From assembly GCA_039208735.1 (NCBI GenBank), contig JBCCQY010000153.1, positions 1-22,634 on the forward strand: 22,634 nucleotides of DNA. The letters are read 5' to 3'. Below are positions 1 through 10,200 of this stretch, in pieces. The notes under the pieces were generated by a model. That model had not been told where the DNA came from. It saw nothing but the letters and a program-made list of their open reading frames with translations, and did no database searches. Made by a program: the position numbers and the translations under genes. How positions within the stretch are numbered: the stretch's first letter is position 1; each line of letters starts with the position of its first letter. This DNA comes from Myxococcota bacterium. Its GTDB lineage: Bacteria > Myxococcota_A > UBA796 > GCA-2862545.

Positions 1-51
1 CACGTCCGGATCTGTGGGGGGCCGTCGGAGTGACCCGGCGGTCTACCCGAC
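1..51 (+). mobile_element. Group II intron 3' end: 3' half of domain V plus complete domain VI; the rest of the intron lies upstream of the window
   Basis: 1-12 CACGTCCGGATC matches the 3' strand of D5, including the AC bulge. D6 folds as GGGGGG(16-21)+CCGTCGG(22-28) paired with CCGGCGG(35-41)+TCT[A45 bulged]CCC(42-48). It ends ...CTACCCGAC with the terminal AY at 50-51. Confidence 0.88.
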
Positions 52-648
52 CACGACCTCGACCTCCAGCGCCACCTGCTCACCATCGAACCCGGGATCA
101 CCAAGAACAAGCGTGGACGCGTGATCCCGGTGAGCGGTCACCTCATCGAACAGCTCTCCGGCTGGCCAAGGGATACCGCCTGGCTGATCCCGTCGCCAGC
201 CAGGGGTCGGGACAGGACCCGGCAGCCGCGGCCCCGCGAGGTGGCCCTGGCGTGGCAGGACGCTGGGGTCCCGGAGCGGGTGTGGCGTGGAGCGCCGCAT
301 CATGCCTTCCGCAAGGGCTTCAAGTCGGGTCTCCTTCGTGCCGGAGCGCCACCCGACGCCGTCGACCACCTGCAGGGGCATGTGATCTCGGGCAGTCGGG
401 GGCGCTACATCGACCCCATGGTGGCCTACGACTTGGTGGAGGTGGTGGGGAAAGTCCCGGCAGTCTTACCCAACAAGAAGTCTCGCTTCTCTATCACTCC
501 ACCGTTGAGCCCCTGCACGACTTCCTGTACATCCGAGGCCTCCGCAAAGACGGAACCCGAGTCAATCACCCCGAACGCGAATGTGCCCTCGCCACCAACG
601 ACACGTAGGTCATCAAACCACTCCTCTTCATTGGCGACCAACGAGTGA
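52..648 (+). CDS. Tyrosine recombinase/integrase, C-terminal catalytic part (3' exon after the group II intron)
   Basis: Frame 1 from 52 reads HDLDLQRHLLTIEPGITKNKRGRVIPV...HAFRKGF...LQGH...RGRY, giving the catalytic K (103-105), HxxR (301-312), H (379-381) and Y (406-408). The first catalytic Arg is absent, and the in-frame TGA at 31-33 lies within the intron. Recombinase-like sequence ends near 465; the frame runs on to 648. Confidence 0.85.
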   Translation, partial: HDLDLQRHLLTIEPGITKNKRGRVIPVSGHLIEQLSGWPRDTAWLIPSPARGRDRTRQPRPREVALAWQDAGVPERVWRGAPHHAFRKGFKSGLLRAGAPPDAVDHLQGHVISGSRGRYIDPMVAYDLVEVVGKVPAVLPNKKSRFSITPPLSPCTTSCTSEASAKTEPESITPNANVPSPPTTRRSSNHSSSLATNE

Positions 649-848
649 AGCTCTGCGAGCGAGACTTCGACGGCGCCGATTTCTGTCGCGACGTCCAGTT
701 CATTCACGCGTAGCCCGTAGCCCGTAGCAAGGAGCACGTGGACCGTGGCAGAAGTATCCAGGCCGTAGTGGCGCTCCAACCGGTTCAGAAGGTCCGCCAG
801 ACACGAACGGCGACTGTCGGAGTTTGCGCGGGGAAAGCGAGCAAGCAT
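426..848 (-). CDS. Putative cognate immunity protein of the upstream polymorphic toxin (140 aa)
   Basis: ATG lies 2 nt after the toxin stop (TAG-AC-ATG on the minus strand). It is a small acidic protein in the classic toxin-immunity position. No family recognised. Confidence 0.7.
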   Translation of the reverse strand: MLARFPRANSDSRRSCLADLLNRLERHYGLDTSATVHVLLATGYGLRVNELDVATEIGAVEVSLAELHSLVANEEEWFDDLRVVGGEGTFAFGVIDSGSVFAEASDVQEVVQGLNGGVIEKRDFLLGKTAGTFPTTSTKS

Positions 849-850
849 GT

Positions 851-1201
851 CTAATCCAGTGGTTCAACAGGTTCGGGTAGTCCGCGGTGCATGCCTCCTT
901 TCGGAGCCAACTTCTCGTTCGCCGGAGTGTACTTATGCTGATGAGGGTTGGTATGGTCATCCGGAAAACCATGATCTCCGAAGTCGATGTCTCGCGTTGG
1001 CTGAAGGTTTCCGTTCGAACCAACCTCCCAAGTTCGTGCCTGCGGGGTCCCGTCCCTCCCAACCCCGAGCGGAGTATGCGGAAGATTCGTGTCGGGTACG
1101 GGGTCGCCGTGCTTCGTGCGCGGGAGGCGGCGAGAGGGGTCTCCTCCCCGGCCAACACCAGGTGCTACATCGAACTTCCCAAGGACCTTGTCGCCACACC
1201 C
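851..1201 (-). other. C-terminal toxin domain, Ntox24-like predicted RNase (116 aa after HN)
   Basis: LPRTKHGDPVPDTNLPHTPLG...QARTW...PTRDIDFGDHGFPDDHTNPHQH resembles the Ntox24 pattern PHTxLG...RDIDFxDHGxP...NPHQH as recalled; not searched. Confidence 0.75.
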
Positions 1202-4200
1202 ATTGTGGACCAGGACACCATCACCATCGCCAGCCGGCGCACGAACATAGTAGTTGTGGGAGCCCTCGACCTCAAAGTTGAAGACCTCGAAGTCGCCCTC
1301 GCGCCGGTTCATCGACGCGACGCGCGCCTCACCGCCACCCACCGTCCGAAGAACAGTCCCCACTTCGAGATCTGCCATGGCCACGTAGTCGCCGACCTCA
1401 GGGACCCAGAACGGATGCTCGGGTGTGCCGGTGATGGTCTCGGAGCCGCCGGGTCTCGTGACCACGAGGTCGATGACCACGTCGGACTGACGCACGTGCG
1501 TCTCGTAGACACGGCCAAGCACGTCGCCGGTAGAGCGAACCTCGATGAGCCCATCGCCATCGGCGTCAGCGGTCTCGAACACGCGGCCCTGGAACGCGAA
1601 CCGCTCCCCGGCCTCCACCGCGCCGAGCTTCCAGTGACCAGCCTGGTCGGCCTCACCGATCACCAGCACCCAGTCGTCGGTGCCTGGCACCCGGGTCGCC
1701 GCCTCCGCCGTCCACGTCGCATCGGCTTCGGTAAGTTCCTCGACCGTCGCTTCGCCGCGGTCCTCGACCCCATCGTCGGTCCAGCGAAGGAGCCGACCGT
1801 CGTCGAACCACATGTCCCCGACCTCGAGCTCGGCCCCGAGTGCCTCGGACCAGTCCCCGGTCCGCGCATCGTAGACCTGGACCACCTCGTCGGCCGCCGG
1901 AAACTCGGGCTCCACGCCACACGCTGCCAGCGCCACCATCGCCGGCATCGCCCACTTCGGCGTCCATGCCGTCACCCGGTCGCAGACCCCGCGCGGAGCC
2001 CACGCGCCGCGCTCCTCGACCGGCGCATCCTCCACCTCGACCCAGAGCTCCGCAACCCCATTCGTGGAGGCGGCGGCCGCACCGTCTCTCGTTTCATTCA
2101 ACTCGCTATCTGATTTTGGTAACCGTGCCCTTCCGAATGGCGAGTTCGCCAAAACGATGCCCCCAGGATCAATATCTCGAATTGGACTGGCCCAATCTTG
2201 GATTTTTGGTTCTCGTATTGCTGAATTGGCTACCCACGTCGCATCCACATTGCCAAGCTCGGCCACGGTCACTTCGCCGCGGTCTTCGATTCCAAGGTTC
2301 GTCCAGCGCCAAAGGTGTCCGTGGTCCACCCATGTGGCTCCGACCTCCAGCTCGGCCCCGACTGACTCCTCCCAGTGATCGGATGGCCCGTCGTAAATCT
2401 CAATCACCTGGTTTTCGCCTGGCGGTTTCGGGGCCGTGTCGCACGCTGCCAGCGCGACCATCCCCGGCAGGGCCCATCTCGGTGCCCATGCTCTGATGAG
2501 TTCGCACACGCCGCGATGATTAGGAGGGCCACCCGCATCTGCAGCGGAACTTTCTATCTCCACCCAAGGTTCCTTTTCGACGGCTCCAGCATCTTCGACC
2601 TTTGATGCAATGACTCGACTTCCGATTCGGACGTCACGAATGCTGACACTGCCGCTCGGCGTAGCCACGCGTACGGACTCCACGAAGCACTTGCAGCCGG
2701 AGCGTTTCAACGCACTGCGCGCGGATTCGATGGCATCGAGCGCTTTTCCGGCGGATTTGATACCCTTCTTCGATGTTTTGAGAGCCACCGCGACGTAGCC
2801 ACCGGCCACTCCCGCTGTGAACACGTCGGCCCCAACACTGATGATGCCAACTGTGTAGTCGAAGGTGGTGTACTCCTCTCCAGTGATCACGTTCCTTCCC
2901 GCAATCAGATTCGCAGCCTCTTTGAAGCTGGACAGGAAGGGAATCGGAACTAAGTCAATCCCCGAATCAAGAACGTTCAACCCGACCTGACTTGCAATTC
3001 GGCCAATTTGGCTGGCCTTTGGTTGACCAGGATTCGGAGACAGTCCCTTGGACTGCGGGTCGAGACTTGGACCCAGAAGGCCCCTTTCGGCGTCTTGCAC
3101 GTTCGAATCGACAGGCGAGGATGCCATCGCGAGTCGCATCCGAGTCAGTGTTGTGCCCGGTGCTCGCTTCTGCTTTTCGGTTGGGCCACCTTCTTGACCC
3201 GTACCGTTCTGGGGAGCTGCTGGAGCGGCTTCGGAAGCCTGCTCGCCGACTTCGCCTTCACCTTCGTCGCCCGCGTCGCTCTGGCCTGGAGCCTCCGAGT
3301 CTTCTCCTTCAAAGGCTGCAGAGACATAGACTCTGCCACCTTCCTCTTCGATTTCCTCACCGTCGTCATTGTCGTTCTTGGACTCAGTCTTTCCGGACCC
3401 CTCTTCACCCTTGCTCCGTTTTCCACCCAGCCCAAAGCCCTGATTTGCGGCCTTGTCGTTGACGTCCCAAAGCGGATCGTCGTTAGACCGCCCTCGGACG
3501 TAGACTTTGAAGCACTCCGTGCTACAAGTGACGAAGTAAGAGCCCTTCTCGTCTCGAGCCAATTGGCCGTTTCGATCTTGAAAACGTACGGGATTGTTGA
3601 ATCCGTATCGGTATAAATCGGTGCTGCCACCTTCGAAGCCAATCGGGTCAGGCGTTGTAAAGCGTCCGAGCAGTTGGTCGTACACCCGGACGCCGGCGTG
3701 GCTCAGTCCTGTCGCGATGTTGGTCTGCATTTGGTGGAAACCGAGTTCAGGCCCTTGCAGCGAACCCCCATCGCGGTCAAGTCCCCATGCGTTCAAAGGA
3801 CGCCAGCTGATGGAACCGTTTGGGGCAATCAGGATGGGATTGCCCTCGACTCCTATCACAACCGACGTTATCTCACTGTTTTGGCCCACTTGTGCAACGA
3901 CATCGTCCCCGACGAAGATGTTGTCCTCAATCGCACCACCGGGATGCTCGGTCTCGAGTACATGGCCGTCTCCTCCAGGGAGATAGTACGTTGTCTGGCC
4001 ATTCTCGGTCTTCGCGACCCGAACGCCATCTGCCCCATAGACCGATGTTTCGTTGTTTCCGGGAACCCCGGTGAGTTCATGGTGCAGGTTGTAGATGAGG
4101 GTGAGACCCGCAGACGAGATCTCCTGGCGTCCAAATTCATCCCAAGCCACTTGGATCGTACCCAATCCCGTCCGATTGACGGTGGAAACTCGGTCCGAAT

Positions 4201-7200
4201 TGCCGAAGCCAAAGGAAGTCATGGATTGAGCGCTTCCATGGTTCTCGGTCATCGAAACGCGATTTCCAGAGCTATCGTAGGTGTACCGGAACACATCCGC
4301 ATCTGGCGCCACTGTGGAGGGCCCGCAATCTGAGAAGTGGTTGGCGTGGCACTCGAATGTCACGAAGCCCCGCTCGTTGTATTCATAGAACGCGTCCTTC
4401 ACCGGGGGTGCACCCGCATGGATTGTGCGGTCGATCGATGTCAGATACCCGAGTGCGTCGAATGTGTAGTTCTCGGTCAGCTCCTGACGGGCGCCTGCTG
4501 GACCTATCTCGAGTTCACGATGACGGAGTCGGTGCGTTGCGGCGTCGTACCCGTGCTCGATGCGAACGCTGGAGAGGAGGCCTGGCGCCAACTCGATGTT
4601 TCGCGCGCGACCGTCTGCGTCGTAGCCTTGAGGTACGTCGTAAATCAGCTGATCGATGGAGGCGTTCGTGGCGTGGGTCAGTCGAATCTGAGAAAGCCTG
4701 TTGCTGCCTGGCTCGTAGGTATAGTTGGCGATATTACCGGAAGGGTATTCAACCGACTTCAACCGCCCGTTCTTGAAGTGGGCGAAGGTGGCGCCCAGGG
4801 TCTTGCCCGGCAGATCGACCGCCCTGGCCTCGAGGTCACCCAAGTCTCCGTAACTCCAACGTAAGCTGGATTTCAGCACGCCATCCTCGGATCGATCGGC
4901 CTTTGTGACGCGGCCTAGTGAGTCGTACGTGATGAAATCCGATTCCAGCGTGGTCGTGACCGTGGGGCGGGATTTCACCACGCTTTGCATTCGGTGGTAC
5001 CGTTCGAGGGTGTAAGCTGTCCGGATGGGCGTCGCTCCGCCCTCTAGCATTTCAGTCACAACCGGAAACGTGGCGTCATAGGTGTATTGACGCGTGGTGA
5101 TGTCTTGCATTGCAACGGAAGTCAACAATCCAAGGCCATCTCCAGCGTAGGTATAGTGGGTCCTTTGTTGGTTTCCGTCGGTCAGTATCGCTAGGCGTCC
5201 GCCAAGGGTGTAGTCACGTTCAAGAACTTCGCTGGGACAGGTTGTTGGGTCTTGGCGACACGTTGCGAGGCTTGAAGGGGCAACCCAGTCACTTGAACGC
5301 CATAACCGAGGACTGCCTGGTTGATAGTCCATGGTCCGGATTCGGAGTACTTGTCCGGGAGTCGAAGCGGCGCGTTCGTCCTCGGCGGATTTGCGGCCGA
5401 AGGAATCGAAGTGCGAAACGGTGAGTGTATTGGGCGATTCGATGAGGTGCACGCGCCCCATCCCGTCGGTATAGCGTCGCTCAAAGTTTCCAAGTGGCGA
5501 GATGACGGTAACCGTCTCGCTGTTCAACGGCAGACCGGTGATCGGACTCGTTACCCCTCGTTCGTAAATGATGTTGGTCCAGGATGGGCCACCCGGAGGC
5601 AGCACGGCCGACACCCGACCCATGAAATCGTGGCGTTGGCAACTGACCAAACCGTCTTCGTCCACCTCTCGAGTGACTCGACCACCTCGGTCGTACCCCG
5701 TAGCCGTGGTCGTCAGCACCGAGCCGTTTGCTGCGCGAACGGTGGTGGCTGTAGGCCAGCCTAGGTTGTTGAGAGTAAATTCCTCACGGACCCCCAAACC
5801 GTCTTCGATGGCGGTGAGGCGATGCCCAGCATTGTATTCGGCCTTGGTCGTAACGAGGGCATTGTTGGCTACAGGATCGTAGCCTTCTAGCAGTTCGGTG
5901 ATGCGATCAAAGTGATCGTACCGGTACTTTGTGACATCGCCTGCCTGCTCGATCCAATCCAGGCGTCCAAGGTCATCATAGGCACGTCGGGAGACTCGAC
6001 GCTTGGTGCTCGGGTTGTTTCCCAGCGTCTCGTCGAGAGGCCGTCCGAGCGCGTCGTAGGTGAACCCATGGGTCACGCCATCCGGATCACGAGTTTCGGT
6101 GAGGTATCCTCGCGCATCATAGGTCGACGTCCAGACCGCTTGAGATTCGCTTCCAAACTGACGGGTTTCGCGGATGGCCCGGTCGAACAGATCATATTCA
6201 ATCGTTCGAACCGCTAAGGCCCCATCGTAGGTCCTTTCGAGACGACTGGGACGCCCTTGGTCATCGTACTGGTGCCGAAGCTCCGTGCCGTCTGGCATCG
6301 TGACTTTCCAAGGCTGTCCCCACGCAAGTTGCCAGTGGATTAGCTCGTTGTTGTTTCCATCCGTTTCGATGACCCTGCGGTTGGGGTAAGGTCCAGCCAT
6401 GTATTCGCGAGTCAGCGACACTTCGCTTCGTACAAGTCCTCCGCTAGGTGCATATTCTTCGTGCCGGATCGACTCGAGACGACCCTGGCCATCGTAAGTC
6501 GTAAGCGTCTCGGTGCCATCAGGCGCCCGGACGCGCCCCTCTTGGTCGTTAAGGTTATAGAAGTAGTGGGTCTCGAGGGTTGTAGATTCTTCTGTTCCGT
6601 CACATTGAGTGACCCGAATCGAGGCATCCTCTTTCTTCGCCAGTCGCCCGTACCCATCGTAGGTCAGGTAGGTGTTCTCGCCTGAAGCATCGATCAGTTG
6701 TTTGACCCGCTTGTACCGATCGAACCGCTCAGACCGTTGAAACACCCAGGCATTCGTGTCAGGGTTCCAGCTCTCGACCTCCTTTGCCAGAGTACTAATT
6801 GATGTCCGCTGCTGCCGAGACATCGACCCGTTCACTTCCCGAGTGATGGTCCAGGTCAAACCCCGTGTGGTTTGGATTTCGGAGCCATCGGGGCGGACCA
6901 GTTTGGTCCTGCGGTCGAGGTCATCGTATTCGTAGGACCAGCTTGGAGGGGCGTTGTTCGACGGGTCGTGCCAGTCCGTTCGAACATCGAGTCGACCCTC
7001 GCTGTCAAACGAGGCGGTTCGAATCGAGTGCACGCCGGAGTTTGTGGCACATGCAAATGTCGTGTCGAGGCGATTGGACCACGGGCAAGTCATGGGATCC
7101 GAACAGACCGGCTGCCACTCGCAGATCTCTTCCTTGGTGACGCGACCCCAACTGTCGCGGAACGTCTTTACCAACGCGTAGACGCCGGTGTCGTGCTCCC

Positions 7201-10200
7201 ACAGTAGGACCTCGTCGGGGGCATCGATTGGCAGTCCGTCATTGTCGAAGTGTCGGACTCCCCGATCAATCGACAGCACCCCTGTGGGCGTTTGTGCGCC
7301 ATCAACCTCGCGAACGACTCGGCGCAGGCCGTCGTAGCTATAGCTCTTGGTCAAGCCCGCATCATCGATCGTCGAGACGACCCGGCAATGGTCGTCGTAC
7401 GAGGTGATGACCTCGGAATCCCCCCTTGTGTTTCGCGTCACGCCGCAGTGTCCGTATTCCAAAGCAAGGAGTTCACCTTGAGGTGGCTCCATGGTTTCGA
7501 GCTGTCCACGTGCCGTATAGCTGCGTTTGAACTCCCTAAGCGAGCTGACCGTACCATCTGGCAACACGGTGTCTTCGCTGGGGACCTCGGAAGATAGGGT
7601 CCACTTCGAACCCTGATAGGGGTAGAGACCGGCATTGTGGTACACAACGCGCCGTTCGATGTTCCGCACGGTCCCAGGTACGGGTACATCACTCTCTGTG
7701 ACTGACTCGAGGCGGTATCCATCGAACCCACCACCAGGGGGATAGTAGGTATAGTCGATCATCCGACTGTCTTCGCGCGTGGTCACGTCTCGGTAGTACC
7801 GAACGACGTCAAGACGACGAACGTCCTGCCAGTCCGCTTCGGTGACATAAAAGCGATAGTCGGTGATTGGAACCGGTGTGACGTTGACAGCACCAAGGCC
7901 GAAATCCATGGAATCGTCGGGCGGAACAAAGGTCGATGAACCGCCACCGCCAGGTGGCTCGATGGCATTGTCGAACTGCTCCAGTTCATCTCGGGCAACC
8001 TTCTCGAGCCAATCGATGTGGGCTTCGAAGCGGCCCTGGGCCTCCACGGTTGAGAGGATCGAAGCGGGAGGCACCTGGTCGTAGCGTCGTCGCAATCGCT
8101 TCACCGCGTGCCCGAACGACTCCAAACGTGCAGTTTGAGCCGGATCAAGAGAGTTGAGGGAGGTCCGGATGAGTTCAAGGCGGCGCCCACTCCGGACCTG
8201 ATCTCTGGTCGAGTTACGAATATCCAGTCGTTCGGCCGTGATGCCGTTCTGTAGATGGTTGTCGAAGGTTGTGCCAGGTTCATCTTCAGGTGCGGCGGTA
8301 TTGCCACTGCCATTGTGTTCACCGGCCCATTCGAGGCAGGTGGCAATGAACTCAAGACGGTTTGCGGAAACGGAAGCCGCATCATCGGGGGATTCGAAAG
8401 TACAGATACGTCGAATGCCTACCTTATAAGGAGAAGCAATGTCACCCGGGAAGCCTGCGACAAGACCCGATGAGCCATGAAGGTACACCTTAATCCGCTT
8501 CAGCGAACCATCTTGGCGATACAGTTCATCGGTTTGCTTGCGCCCCTTGAGCGCCAGTGACGTATTGAATGTCTGCACTTCAACTGCACCAGAAGGTCGC
8601 TGCGTAGCGATTCTGCCCCAACCTAGAAACTCACCGAAGCCGTAGTTCCCTTCAGCGTACTCGAAATTGAAGTGGCCATCAGACCGAGTGACGGACAGCA
8701 AGACCGGCAAGCTTACGGGTCCATTGTCTTCAGCGTGCGCCGCCGATCGGCCCCATGTCAGCGCCATCGTGCCCCCGGAGGGCACCTTTACGGACGTGAG
8801 CCAACCCTGGCTCTCGGTACGCTGATTGCGGCGCCAAACCAGGTCGGTGTTGACTGGCCATGGGGTGTTCGTGTTGCCTGTGTCGGGTCCAATGTCGGAA
8901 ACGTAGTTGGGCCCCCTGAAGCCATCTGCGAATCCATCTCCATTGAGATCCACCATGCCCGAGACCATTCCCGAAACTGGCAATGGACCAATCCAATCGA
9001 GGGGGACTTCCTCGCCAAGGTTGGCCGCTGGAGGACACCAGAACCCCATGTTGCGGCCTTGATGCGGCAAGACGATGATTGGGTCTGCGATTGTGGTACC
9101 TCTGCACCGATTCAGCGATTCCATCCATCCGTCACCGTCGATGTCAGTCAAGCCAAAATGGTTGAGCGGGACCAGATAGGAGGCGTCGTAAGTGACTTGC
9201 TGGCCTGCGCCAGGTTGTCCCGTTGGGATGGTGTATTCCCAGGGGGCCGTGTTGTACAAGCTCGTGGTCGTGGAGTCACCACCTGTGTTATAGGGTGTGG
9301 ACTCAAACGCGCCATTGCCCCTTCCGAGGTAGATACCTTCCGTTCGACCACAGGCAGGTGCCGCGTCCCAAAACTTGGTGCCATCGCGCTGCAGCCAATC
9401 CACGTTCACGATTCGGTCGGCCAGTCCGTCTCCGTTGACGTCAGCATGCGACGTGTAGCGCCACAACCAAGACGAGGACGTGATCTCGAGAAGGGGGCCC
9501 GCTGGTCCGTCTGGGTCCGGATAGTAGCCAGGTGGGGATTGTGCACTTTGTCCCAGCTCGTTCTTGGGAATTCGCGCTTCGGTTCCCATTCCAGGAGCCA
9601 TGCAGTCTGTGCCGTTTCCAAACACGCCCGAATCGATCACGGGATCATTGAGACTCCACGGCTGGGTGGTGTCGAAGAAGTCGGGCCCCGAGAGAAGTGC
9701 GCCCGTGTTGGGGTACCAAGTTTCTTGGTCGACCAAGTCGGGCGCGCCATCTCCATTGATGTCTGCCAGCTGACGGTTACCAATCACGAAGTTCGTAACG
9801 AGCGCCGGCTCAACGAAGCCTTCAGGCGTGCCGAGCTGGATGATCAACGGCCCGATGAGGTCGGCATAGCCGTCTTGGTTGAGATCCGCGATGTGGAGTT
9901 CCCGCGGCTTCATTGGTCCCATAAAGTTCATGAGCGCCGTGGAGAAGGCAGACGAGTAAACGAAGCGAGGCGTGCCATCTGCGAGTGGTCGGTTGAGGAA
10001 TATGCGATGGTCTGGACTGTTGGGAGACCCCCACTCATTGAAGACAATAAGGTCGGGAAGTGCGTCGCCATCGATGTCTTGCGTGAGCGTCGACGTCGAT
10101 GCCTGATCGTTGTGTTCGCTTGTGAACAGTTCGCTGGTGACTCCAGGCGGCGACAAGTCCATCGGCGCTGTCATGGTTTCATCCAAGACCTGAAGGGGAG

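Larger units (their letters stand above)
1202..2689 (-). other. Pre-toxin Hint (intein-like) domain with a large internal insertion (aa 2873-3368)
   Basis: Block A CFVESVRVATPSGSVSIRDVRIGSRV starts at codon 2689. Block B is ITGTPEHPFWV, block F VFNFEVEGSHNYYV, block G VLVHN (Asn codon 1204-1202). Confidence 0.88.

Noticed and set aside
121..648. Integrase as an independent gene starting at GTG 121
   Set aside because: Recombinase similarity extends upstream to 52 (HDLDL...TKNKRGR), so 121 is an internal Val.
887..2113. 408-aa plus-strand ORF
   Set aside because: Antisense shadow of the GC3-rich Hint/toxin region; no recognisable motifs.
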